A stretch of 24,007 bases of DNA from Macrostomum lignano. Its lineage: Eukaryota. This document shows positions 1-20,539 of this stretch, in pieces (position 1 is the stretch's first letter; every line of letters starts with the position of its first letter). Location: the NCBI GenBank assembly GCA_002269645.1, contig NIVC01005165.1, positions 1 to 24,007 of the forward strand, written 5' to 3'. The notes beneath the pieces were generated by a model. The model had not been told where the DNA came from. It worked only from the letters and a program-made list of their open reading frames with translations, and made no database searches. The position numbers and the translations under genes are program-made.

Positions 1-75
1 TGTCATAAGTGCGCAGATTGTTACAAAGCGCGCAGTTTTGTAATACGCGCGCAGTGTCATAAGCGCGCGCTTATG
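1..75. repeat. Short GCGC-cored tandem/palindromic cluster
   Basis: TGTCATAAG(T/C)GCGC occurs at 1 and 55. There is a perfect 18-bp palindrome CATAAGCGCGCGCTTATG at 58-75, and TTACAAA...TTTGTAA is inverted around GCGCGCAG. Truncated by the window edge. Confidence 0.5.
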
Positions 76-291
76 CAAACACGCTCTTTATTGATTATAT
101 TGCGCGCTCCAAAATAACTCGAAAAATTTCCTATCTGGCCACAAGTCATTCTGTCTCAGCCAATCGCAACAGCCCTCCTATCGGAGTTCGGACCAGCCCA
201 GCTGACTTTAATCTCGAACTTCTCCGCCAAGTCGATCAGTTCGTGTCCATTCCATCCATCCATCCATCCATTCTTCGAGACAGAAACCAAA

Positions 292-612
292 ATGCCTTCA
301 GTTAATCCGATTGCGGTAACCATGACAACGGTTCGACGCCACTCCACCGCTCCAATACTAAGTCGGACCTACTTCGCAATGAAAGGCACCTCAATAGTGC
401 TGCAGTGGTTGGCACAGTCACCAGCAGTTTCTCTCTGGCTGGTGCTGCTGAAGAAGTACCACGCACCAAGGAGGTGTTCGACGTCGGGCTGAATCCTGCT
501 GGAGGCCTGCCACGCCGTCTATGCCTGATGTTCGCTGGACTGAGCAGCGCGCGATCTGGTTAGCCAAGTCACCGACTTGTACCAGCAGCCTCAGTTTGCC
601 GTCTTCTACAAG
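292..612 (+). CDS. Class A GPCR, putative exon 1 (N-terminus, TM1, TM2, ECL1); interrupted by 1-bp indels
   Basis: AAAATG start at 292. Correcting alternating -1/+1 indels gives ...TYFAMKGTSIVLAVVGTVTSSFLWLVLLKKYHAxKEVFDVGLILLEACHAVYALMFAGLAARDLVSQVTDLYQQPQFAVFYK, with two hydrophobic helices and GC3-rich codons. It ends at AAG|GTGAAT (phase 0), where the sequence turns AT-rich, and joins in frame to exon 2. The reconstruction is by eye. Confidence 0.62.
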
Positions 613-945
613 GTGAATTTAGATTTAAAACACTATGATACCTTGCTATTCTTAATTCTCTGCTGCCCAGGGTAAGTCACAGGGCAGTTTGATTTGCACG
701 AAGTCCTCAAGCCATCAGTCCGCTCGGTCTCACCCGCCCCCCACCCCAAGACCTTGAAAGATTGACCGAATCTCTGCGACACTAATTAAGCCGAAGTCTG
801 ACTATTGCAAACAGAGTGGCTGGGGATCGGGAGAGGAGGGTGGGATTATACTCCGATACTCCAGCGGTGAGCGATTGCAACCGCGAAATTGAGACTTGCT
901 GAGGTGGCGGGTCGGTAGGGCTTTCCTTCAGCTTGTAGTTGCGCC

Positions 946-1565
<620 letters not shown>

Positions 1566-2195
1566 GTGCGATCTCTCCCTGCCTTTTTTCAGTTTCATCC
1601 ATCTCTCCTATCCAAAATCCCAGATTTCGCGCCCCCACTGGTTAAAGCAGACTTTAAATCACGATAGAAATGCACTCTGCAGGCCCGCAGCTCATGTCAC
1701 ACTCGAGCACCCGTGCTGCAATCCCGAGTTCGCATTTTCGGGCACAGTTAAATTTCATGTAAAATATGGCGGCAGACTTCCAATGGAAAATGTTTCTCAT
1801 ACTTTGTTGACCGAAGCATTTGATTAGGAACTCATGCGGAGGCCATATGAGAATGCCATGAGGGCAGACTTTCTTAGGGCTGCCACTGAGGGCAGTCAAT
1901 GTCGCGACCATAGCTTATGGCTTCGCTGCTTTCAAAACCATTAATAACTCAATGTTAAAGTGCAGCTTTGCCGGTCATTGCTGCTTCTGAAAGACAATCT
2001 CTGCAAGCACATCTATGGCTTTTCCTTTCTGAGTCCCAGCTTTTCTGTCTGAGGAGCATTGACTTTTTACATTGGAAGACTCGTTCTGTCTGTCTGTCAA
2101 GCACCCAGATGCTACAACTCGACTTTCCGGCACATTTAGTATGCCCTGGAGCTGCGGCTGGCAAACTCCGTCTACCGGCTGCATGTGGCTCTCAT

Positions 2196-2243
2196 CTCTT
2201 CTCTTCTCTTCTCTTCTCTTCTCTTCTCTTCTCTTCTCTCTTC
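2196..2243. repeat. (CTCTT)n pentanucleotide microsatellite followed by a pyrimidine-rich tract
   Basis: About 9 consecutive CTCTT units. Confidence 0.95.
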
Positions 2244-2884
2244 TTTATTTCCTCGCCTCTCCTTTCTCCCATTTCCCATTTCCCATCTCTATTTTCGATT
2301 TCCTCTCCTCTCTCCCCGCAGTCATGCTCTAGTTTGTCTATCTGGCAATTGAGATAAAAAATTGCCAACCCCTACGCCTAGAGAGAATGCATTGTGCTAA
2401 ATGAAGTTTCAGTCAGTGATCATTTCTGAGAAAATCGAATGTAGACTCGATGCTTTAACCTGAATCAACTGTAATGACTGACTGAGTCAATTCCCCAGTC
2501 AACTGGCTGAGCTACAAAATATCCAGCTAAGATCCGGGATCCAAGCTGTCACATCCTGTGCTGAGAAGTGCAAAGCAGCTTATGCAGTCTCTGGGGCGGA
2601 ACTTCGGGAGCTGCCCAAATAAATCAAACACAACAGCAGAAGAAAAGGTGACAAAGACGCTGACAGGATGGATCTGGGGGATTTGTGGAGACGGATCCCA
2701 TCGTGAGATGCTACGATCGTACGAGTGATTCTGGTAGATCAATGCAGTGACAATTTTTGAGCAAATAATTATACTAGGAACGCGACTTAAGCATCGGACA
2801 CATAAAAATTATCGAAATTTTTTATATTGTTACGAAATCGAAATTAAACAGTTCAATTCAAATGACCCAGGGGAAATTCCGGCC

Positions 2885-3651
2885 CAAGTGCCCTTGGGAA
2901 TCCAAACAAAATAACCTTGGGAAATCCAAACCAAATGGCTTTGGGGAATCTAAACCGAACAACCTTGGGAAATCCAAACCAAATCGCCTTAAGTAAATAA
3001 TCCAATTTAATCCAATAAATAATCCAATAATCCAATCCAATCCAAACCAAATGACCTTAAACCCAATCAAAACCAAATGACCTTGGGGAATCCAAACCAA
3101 ATGACCTTGGGGAATCCAAACCAAATAACCTTAAGTAATCCAAACCAAATGACCTTGGGGAATCCAAACCAAATGACCTGGGGAATCCAAACCAAATGAC
3201 CTTGGGGAATCCAAATCAAATGACCTGGGGAATCCAAACCAAACCAAAGTGCTTAAGGAATCCAAAACTACGAGTAACTTACCTTGGAGAATCTAAACTC
3301 AGTATCCTTAGAGACCGTGGTAAATCCAAAACAAGTGAACTTAGGGAATCCAAACCAAATGACCTTGAAGAATATAAACTGTGCGACCTTGTAGAATCCA
3401 AACCAAATGACCTTGGGGAATCCAAACTAAATGACTTTGGAGAATCAAAACCAAATGACCTTGGGGAATCCAAACTAAATGACTTTGGAGAATCCAAACC
3501 AAATGACCTTGGGGAATCCAAACCAAATGACTTTGGAGAATCCAAACCAAACTTTGGAGAATCCAAACCAAATGACCTTGGGGAATCCAAACCAGATGAC
3601 TTTGGAGAATCCAAACCAAATGACCTTGAGAATCCAAGCCAAATGACCTTA
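2885..3651. repeat. 23/24-bp minisatellite, consensus GGGGAATCCAAACCAAATGACCTT
   Basis: Many recognisable units. Translates as (ESKPNDLG)n on + and (LDSPRSFG)n on -. Confidence 0.95.
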
Positions 3652-3696
3652 AGCTAGACTTCTTCACTAACCCCAGAAAGCTCCACAACCCTGCAG

Positions 3697-4722
3697 ATCC
3701 TATACGCATTCGCGAACGCGGCCATGCTGCAGCGCAACCAGTGGACCACCTGCGTGACTCTGTTCCGCACCTTGGCCACCCTGAGCCCCATCGCAGTGCG
3801 CAACCGTCTGACCAGGTGCGCCCAGCTGGCCGTCTTCAACCTGGTGCTGCTCATCTCGCTCACCTTCTGCGTCCTGTTCATCGCCTATCCGAGATCCCGG
3901 TTCCAGGAGCTGCTGAGAATGTCCCGGATATTCCAGTCCGGCATACCCATACCAGTGGTGTTGATCAGTTCCATTGTGATGGCTGCTTTTCTCTACGCTA
4001 CCTACAGACCGTTTCTCCTGCAGCAGCAGCAGCAGCATCAGCAGCAACAGCAACAGCAGAACCAGCTGCTTCCAACGCCAGCCGGAAGCGACATGGCTCA
4101 GAATCAGCGTCGGAACACTCGCATAGCAACGGCGATCGTGCTCTGCCTGGCGGTGACCTTCTGCGTGTTCGAAGCGCCAGGAGCCGTGATGCTGATGTTC
4201 GACTGGCAGCAGTTCACCACCGCCGACTGGTTCTTCAGCTTCAACGACACGCTGGTGTCGCTGGACACCGCCTGCAACTTTTTGATCTTCGTCTGTCTGA
4301 GCCGCAATTTTCGTCGAACAGCCGGCGCCGCCCTTCCGACAGCTTGTCGCGCTGCAGCTGGCGTTGGCGGCGGAGGCGGAGGCGGCGGAGGCGCTGGAGG
4401 GAGAGGCGCGGGCGTCGGTAGAAACGGCGCCGCTTATGGCGGCGGCGGTCGCCGAGGCGGTGGCGTTGGCAGCGTCGGTCGCGGAGGTCGCAACGAAATT
4501 TCGAGAGCCACAGAGAGAAGCAGCGGAGCCAGCCGAGTTGTCAGAGGCTTCGGCATCAGCGGTGGAGAAGGCGGCTGTGGCGGTGGCAGCGGCGGCGCCG
4601 GTCCAAGCGGACTCTCCCTGGCCGGTGTCGCTGAGGTGGGCATCAGCGAGACTCTGGACGATCCGTTCCTGCCGACTGAGGAGTACCAGATGACCGCTCT
4701 GTCCAGAAGCCACCGCGACTGA
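3697..4722 (+). CDS. Class A (rhodopsin-like) GPCR, exon 2 (TM3-TM7 and C-tail); resembles FMRFamide/myosuppressin/Srw-type peptide-receptor-like families
   Basis: TM3 ILYAFANAAMLQRNQWTTCVTLFRTLATLSP (FR in the DRY position); TM4 LAVFNLVLLISLTFCVLFIAYPR; TM5 IPIPVVLISSIVMAAFLYA; TM6 IATAIVLCLAVTFCVFEAPGAV; TM7/H8 DTLVSLDTACNFLIFVCLSRNFRR. Open frame from the acceptor at 3697 to TGA at 4722. Confidence 0.88.
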   Translation: MLYAFANAAMLQRNQWTTCVTLFRTLATLSPIAVRNRLTRCAQLAVFNLVLLISLTFCVLFIAYPRSRFQELLRMSRIFQSGIPIPVVLISSIVMAAFLYATYRPFLLQQQQQHQQQQQQQNQLLPTPAGSDMAQNQRRNTRIATAIVLCLAVTFCVFEAPGAVMLMFDWQQFTTADWFFSFNDTLVSLDTACNFLIFVCLSRNFRRTAGAALPTACRAAAGVGGGGGGGGGAGGRGAGVGRNGAAYGGGGRRGGGVGSVGRGGRNEISRATERSSGASRVVRGFGISGGEGGCGGGSGGAGPSGLSLAGVAEVGISETLDDPFLPTEEYQMTALSRSHRD

Positions 4723-4867
4723 CGGAGTCGCTTGACAGAAGGGATTGGGAACGGAAAGCTGCGTCGGTTTGAGAGTCTGTGTTCAAGGACCTTAGAAGAC
4801 TTGGATTGAAAATGGTCAAAAGTTATTGGTATAGTTAGTTTTCTAATTAGGTAGTAAGTTTTTTAGC

Positions 4868-4877
4868 TTAGTTTAGT

Positions 4878-4919
<42 letters not shown>

Positions 4920-4920
4920 C

Positions 4921-4962
<42 letters not shown>

Positions 4963-4963
4963 C

Positions 4964-5036
<73 letters not shown>

Positions 5037-5037
5037 T

Positions 5038-5074
<37 letters not shown>

Positions 5075-5075
5075 C

Positions 5076-5119
<44 letters not shown>

Positions 5120-5120
5120 C

Positions 5121-5206
<86 letters not shown>

Positions 5207-5207
5207 C

Positions 5208-5276
<69 letters not shown>

Positions 5277-5297
5277 TTTAGTTAGTTAGTTAGTTAT

Positions 5298-5334
<37 letters not shown>

Positions 5335-5335
5335 C

Positions 5336-5383
<48 letters not shown>

Positions 5384-5408
5384 CGTTAGTTAGTTAGTTA
5401 GTTATTTA
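4868..5408. repeat. (GTTA)n tetranucleotide microsatellite
   Basis: About 135 units with occasional GTTC, GTCA and TTTA variants, starting ~150 bp after the GPCR stop. Confidence 0.98.
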
Positions 5409-5723
5409 GCAGATACTAGACTATTTAGTATCTTTTATACTACTAGACTACTTTTATTTTCAGTCCAGATCTTAGAGGTCCTCGGCGGGTTGTTTAGTCA
5501 CAAAATATTTATTGCTTGTTTTGCGCTTAGTCGTGTTTGTCTCTAGAATGTTTATTACTGAAGTATGAACAGATTTGATAATTGTTAATCCAGGCCTAGT
5601 ATTAGAATTGCTATAGTATTGATGTGCACTAAAATTTCTGCAAACTTTTCCGTGTCTGTCTTTTCAGCGCCCAGTGTTCAAATACTGTAACATTGGTAAC
5701 TTGAAATGGTAACTTGTTATAAG

Positions 5724-6110
5724 GGAGACAGTGAGAAGGTTACAGTGAGAGGGAGACAGTGAGAGGGAGACAATGATAGGAAGACAGTGAGAGGGAGACA
5801 AGGAGAGGGAGACAGTGAGAGGGAGACAGTGAGAGGGAGACAGTGAGAGGGAGACAGTGAGAGGGAGACAGTGAGAAGGAGACAGTGAGAGGGAGACAGT
5901 GAGAGGGAGACAGTGAGAAGGAGACCGTGAGAGGGAGACCGTGAGAGGGAGACAGTGAGAGGGAGACAGTGAGAAGGAGACCGTGAGAGGGAGACAGTGA
6001 GAAGGAGACAGTGAGAGGGAGACAGTGAGAAGGAGACAGTGAGAGGGAGACAGTGAGAGGGAGACAGTGAGAGGGAGACAGTGAGAAGGAGACAGTGAGA
6101 GGGAGACAGT
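5724..6110. repeat. 14-bp minisatellite GTGAGA(G/A)GGAGACA
   Basis: About 27 units. The (SLSLSPSHCLPLTV)n translation has a 42-bp period, equal to 3 x 14 bp. Confidence 0.97.
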
Positions 6111-6636
6111 AAATATTGTTAACGCGCCCCAGTGTTGTCCTTCAGACTCCACTAATTAGTGGAGGGTAAATAACTCCTAAATAGTAACTTTTAATCAAAA
6201 AAACTTTTAATGAATTTATTTTAAAAATATAATGTCTGTGTCAGTTGTATCAGTTTAGTCTTGTACATGATTCTTAGCATTATTGTGTACTTTTAATAGT
6301 ATCATTAGTAGAAATGTTATAATCGAACCATTATTACATACATGCAAAGTTCGTATATATTAAAAAAATATACATTGTTAGCTTCATGTCAGCTTATCTT
6401 AGCTTGTAATATTGTGTTTCTGTGAAAATATAATATATGATTAATGCATAAATACAGATTTTTCACAAAAATTTTTGTTGTGGATATAAATTTGAAAGTA
6501 GTTTTGCGCTAGGGAGCTTTCTATGTCTCAATTGATTTTGGTGATCAAATGGACTGAGGAGAGTGTGAATTCCGATGAGGGAGGGAGTCGAGTGTGCTGA
6601 TGAAGAAGAGGGAGCTGAGGGAGCTGAGGGTGCTGA

Positions 6637-16618
<9,982 letters not shown>

Positions 16619-16894
16619 ATCTCTCACTTGTCGAACTTTCCTGTTGTGCCAAATTTGGAAAGCGCCAAGAAGAGTTTTTTGATTGGCACAATTCGCTGCA
16701 ATGCACGATTGATGAAGTGAGTTGCCCCAATCAGTCCAAAAACATTTTTGGGATTGCCTTCTTCAGTTGACGTCTTTTAGACTCGTGAACGTGACGGTAA
16801 CGCCTTGCAACTTTGTGAAAGTTTCGCTATGAAGGAGAAGGCCAGTTCACAGTTGAAGCTCTTCTCATTACTAGTAAGTTCTCAGCCGGAAAGC

Positions 16895-18515
16895 ACTACT
16901 CCTCTCTAGGTGCCATATTGACGGAAGGACCTTGGCGACCGCAGTCTTCCACAAAGCACGGTCCTTTGAGGCGTGGAGTCTTTCCAGGCTGTTCATGTTC
17001 ATACATCGAGACAGAAAGGTGATTCGCTGTCTCCTTAAATTTTTTGTTCAATCTTCCCAGTCTTACTCATCATAGGGCGCAAAGAGCACCACTTGCAGTC
17101 TCCGAATGTTCGCCATCAAGTTTCTTCTGCAGAGCATCTTCACTCGGTGTGTGACTGGTCCAGCTCACTCTCAGGATGCGCTTCAAGATCCACAACTCCA
17201 TTGTCTCGACTCTTCACTCTTCTATCCATTGCTGATGATATTGTCCAGCATTCTGAGCCGTAGTTCAGACAAGGAGAACACAGCAGTCAAGGATTCTTAA
17301 CTTGGTCTTCAGATTGACTTTCCTGTTTTTCAGGATTTTGTTCAGCTGTTGGAAGGAATCCATGCTATTCTGATTCTTCATTTGATTTTCTGTTCACCTT
17401 TTCCTTTCGAAGTAATCACACTTCCCAAATATAGTTGAATTTTTTGCTTCCTTGAATGGTTCTCTCTTCTGTTTGGGAACAAACCATGCAATCCTTGAAC
17501 ACATCTTCTTACTTTCCAATACCGCTCACCCTGTTCAGAATTTCTTGCAACTTCTCTGAGCTTAATTTCTTAAGAACAACTGTCTTAATCTGCGCAAACT
17601 TTGACATTCTTACAGCAGTACCTTGCTTCTAATACAGATTATTGAGAACTCAAGTGTCTTTTCCATTAATGTAAATTTATTCTAACATCTTCATCAGTTC
17701 TTTGTGTCTGACACTGTCGAAAGCTCTTACTTAGTATAGATAGCTCAAAGAAAATACAGATTCTTCTTCATTTCAACAGCTCTTTCACTAAGCATTCGAA
17801 CAATTCGAAGATGGCAGTTCGTGTTTCACAGTCTCCAGCAAAGCCGCACTGAACTTCAAAGACTTCTGGACGCACGGTCGTAATCTACTTCACGCTCCCA
17901 TCATCAGAACCCTTATCAGCACCTTGGTAACGTGGCTCATTCGCATTCAGTTGCTCCCGTCTTTTTGGCATGGCAATGAAGCTTGGCTGACTCATATCTT
18001 TTGTTCAATTTGTTCAATTACATGCTCACAATGGCATCTCTCTGACTTCCGATTTCCAGATTGCTGGTCCACGTGGCTCCTTTCTGAGGTTGGGCTGCTC
18101 ACTGCTGTGATCATGGAAGAGATCGGTGACAGATCAGACCATTGCTTCAGCACCTTCTCGTTTCCAATGCTGCAACCTGATGCAGCTACATTGGAATGCA
18201 TATCAGTCAGGTTTCTGTCCTTCTGCTTCTCAATCTCTTCACATCTCTAATTTAGCCAATTGCCCATTATTCTTCAGTGCACATTGCGGCCTAATTCTTC
18301 AGTCTAGCTTCATGTACACTTTTGTCTTCCATGAGCAGAAGGATTTCTCTGTCATCCACTTCTTGCATTTCTGCTTCGTCTTCAATGGAATGGCTTCTTT
18401 TGCACCTTCGTTCACTCCCACTTGGTCTTAGTTTGTTCGACTTCTTGTTGTCGAAATCGCGATTCCTGACTTTCACATTGAACTTTGCCTTGACTGGTTC
18501 ATCTTGTTGTTAGAC
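16895..18515 (-). mobile_element. Decayed, 5'-truncated RTE-clade non-LTR retrotransposon (LINE) ORF remnant
   Basis: Minus-strand fragments in the expected order: FNVKVRNR, KEAIPLKTKQKCKKWM, GPAIWKSEVRDAI, FIAMPKKTGATECE, MSHVTKVLIRVL, EVQCGF, MLSERAVEMKKNLYF, AFDSVRH, LNNLY, LQEILNRV, FNY, NYGSECWTIS, ending RQYGT*. Many stops and frameshifts. These match RTE/BovB-type RT and its flanking motifs. Confidence 0.9.
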
Positions 18516-19091
18516 TGGTAGAAGATCCAAAAATCAAACGCAGCATTGTTGTAACAAAAGATTTCGCCAGACAGAGCGGCTGTGTTAGCAAAGCCCGAAG
18601 GCAGCCAGCCTCACACGGCAGACAGATTCTGCAGCGATGTCGAGGACCTGCTCAGGGACAGTTCGACTTGCTTTTGCACTGCGGGCATAAAAATAAGAAA
18701 CTCTTGTTCGATTCCAGATTTACAGGCAGGTGTTTTCATTCTTGGTCTAAAACTAATTTGGCAAATTTTAATCGGATTCGTTAAAGAATCAGATTCCTGT
18801 ATTCGCACTACACCTGGGTTTGTCATGTGAGGTTGAACTTCATCAGAGTTCATGAGGTTGAACTCACAGCTAGCCACCGCCATGCACATGAGCTGCATAC
18901 TTGATAAATACGTTCCTCCTACTGGCATCAAGCTGCTACTTTAAGTAGCAAAGCAGCAGCTACGATAGCAATTAGTCTGTAGCCAAGCCGAACCGCACCC
19001 AAACCTCATTTATTTCAATTGGACGGTGGCAGCGCTGCCAATGGCAGTCAATTGTGACGCAAATGAGCAAAAATAGATAAATACCAGCAAA

Positions 19092-19940
19092 ATGCGGCGC
19101 TCTCCGCATTCCACAGCACCGATACCGAGCCGAAATGGAAGCTCTTTGGAGAATTCTGACAGCGATTGCAGCAGTTCTGATGCAGAACTTCGGCAGGTCC
19201 GCAAGCCAAAGCGAGGGCCTCGATGGCACTGAGTAGGAGATACTGGAAGCCATTATGCTCGAAAATGAAACTAAAATTTCACGATACCTGCAGATGGCTT
19301 CTAACGTTGATAGGCTCTTCAGTATCAATGAGATGACATTCTCATCGCTTCACATTGCATGTGAAATGGGAAAAGTCAAAATTATCGAAATGTTCATTCA
19401 AGCCAGAGCTGACGTCAATCTTCAACGAAGCGATGGCTGCTCACCTCTCTACATTGCATCAGCGAAGGGTCACCACCAAGTTGTGAGCTCACTCATCAAA
19501 GCACAAGCTGACGTCAATCTTCAAGAAGTCGATGGCTGCTCACCTCTCTACATTGCATCACAGAATGGTCACCACCAAGTTGTGAGCTCACTCATCAAAG
19601 CACAAAAGCTGACGTCAATCTTCAAAAAGTCCATCGCTACTCACCTCTCTACATTGCTTCACAGAATGGTCACCACCAAGTTGTGAGTTCACTCATCAAA
19701 GCAGAAGCTGACGTCAATCTTCAAGAAAATGTTCATGGCTGTTCACCTCTCAACATTGCATCACAGAATGGTCACCACAAAATTGTGAACCTACTCACCA
19801 AAGCACAACAAGATGACGCCAATTCTGAGTATATTGGGAGTCAAAACTCCAGTGTACTTTGTTGTTGTTGTTGGAGTAAAAAAGTAACTAAAAGTTCATC
19901 TGCTTTGGAAAAACCACCGAAAGAGCCAGAATTTGAGTAA
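19092..19940 (+). CDS. Ankyrin-repeat protein (~5 repeats), intronless, possibly a pseudogene
   Basis: Canonical repeats such as ADVNLQxxDGCSPLYIASQNGHHQVVSSLIKA. ORFs 19255-19686 and 19683-19940 join across a 2-bp AA insertion at ~19606. The upstream ATG at 19092 is separated by one frameshift and a TAG at 19234, so the start is uncertain. Confidence 0.8.
19408..19805 (+). repeat. Near-identical 99-bp coding tandem repeat (ankyrin units)
   Basis: GCTGACGTCAATCTTCAA recurs at 19408, 19507, 19608 and 19707. Confidence 0.93.
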
Positions 19941-20539
19941 GTTTCAATCATTAGATTTGCTTTTTTCTATTTAATTTTTGCTCGTTTTTTAATAGCATTT
20001 ATCTTTTAGTTTTTCGGGATTGAAAAAGTTCGTGCAATTTTCGGCGGCCAAACAAATAATTTTTGTTGAAATTTTAACAGAAACAGCACAAAAACAGCGA
20101 AAGGCAAAAGAGAGAGTTTTGAATATGGTTTTGAAATTGTCCATAAGACAGCCTGGCGTAATGACAAACTCAACTGGCCATTATTTCAGCTTTAGCAGGC
20201 GTTTGAACCATAGACGATTAGTTAACTATGCATTTATTAACTGACATAAGGGAATAATCGCAAACAGTCTACATGGAATTCTGGAATACACTGAAAAAAG
20301 GATAGTCAAGACATTTTAGCTAACAAACAATGGATAAATAATCAGCGGTCCCAGTGCGTGGCAACGATTGTACATATACTTTCCTTCAGACGCAATGAAG
20401 TTTAATTTAGGCCATTATTCCACACTTTTGGAACTTTCCATAGACAAAAGAGTCAATCAGTATATTTTAACCAATAAGCAACGGATGCAAATACGAGAAC
20501 TCGTATAAATGAAAAGATATCAGGGCCTCACGGCTAGTA

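Noticed and set aside
490-543. Three in-frame TGA codons as selenocysteine or readthrough
   Set aside because: Each TGA sits at or within a segment that reads better in a shifted frame, so indels explain them more simply. No SECIS was recognised.
668-678. Stronger-looking donor AGG|GTAAGT at 672
   Set aside because: It would be phase 2 and out of frame with the phase-0 acceptor at 3697. Coding-like composition already ends at 612.
2885-3651. Minisatellite or 22-bp array as a CRISPR array
   Set aside because: Units are adjacent with no unique spacers, the context is eukaryotic, and no cas genes are present.
3700-4713. 337-aa antisense ORF and other alternative-frame ORFs over the GPCR exon
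   Set aside because: Shadow ORFs expected from GC-rich, low-complexity coding sequence. Only the + frame from 3697 has 7TM motifs.
5664-6152. 162-aa (SLSLSPSHCLPLTV)n ORF
   Set aside because: The peptide period is 3 x the 14-bp DNA unit, so it is a repeat artefact.
6520-6636. Acidic peptide-like stretch (EEEGAEGAEGAE) at the left edge of the GATA array
   Set aside because: Short, needs a frameshift, is built on a 9-bp micro-repeat and has no recognisable homology.
18520-19090. Short ORFs between the LINE and the ankyrin gene
   Set aside because: No recognisable motifs or splice structure, and lengths are compatible with chance.
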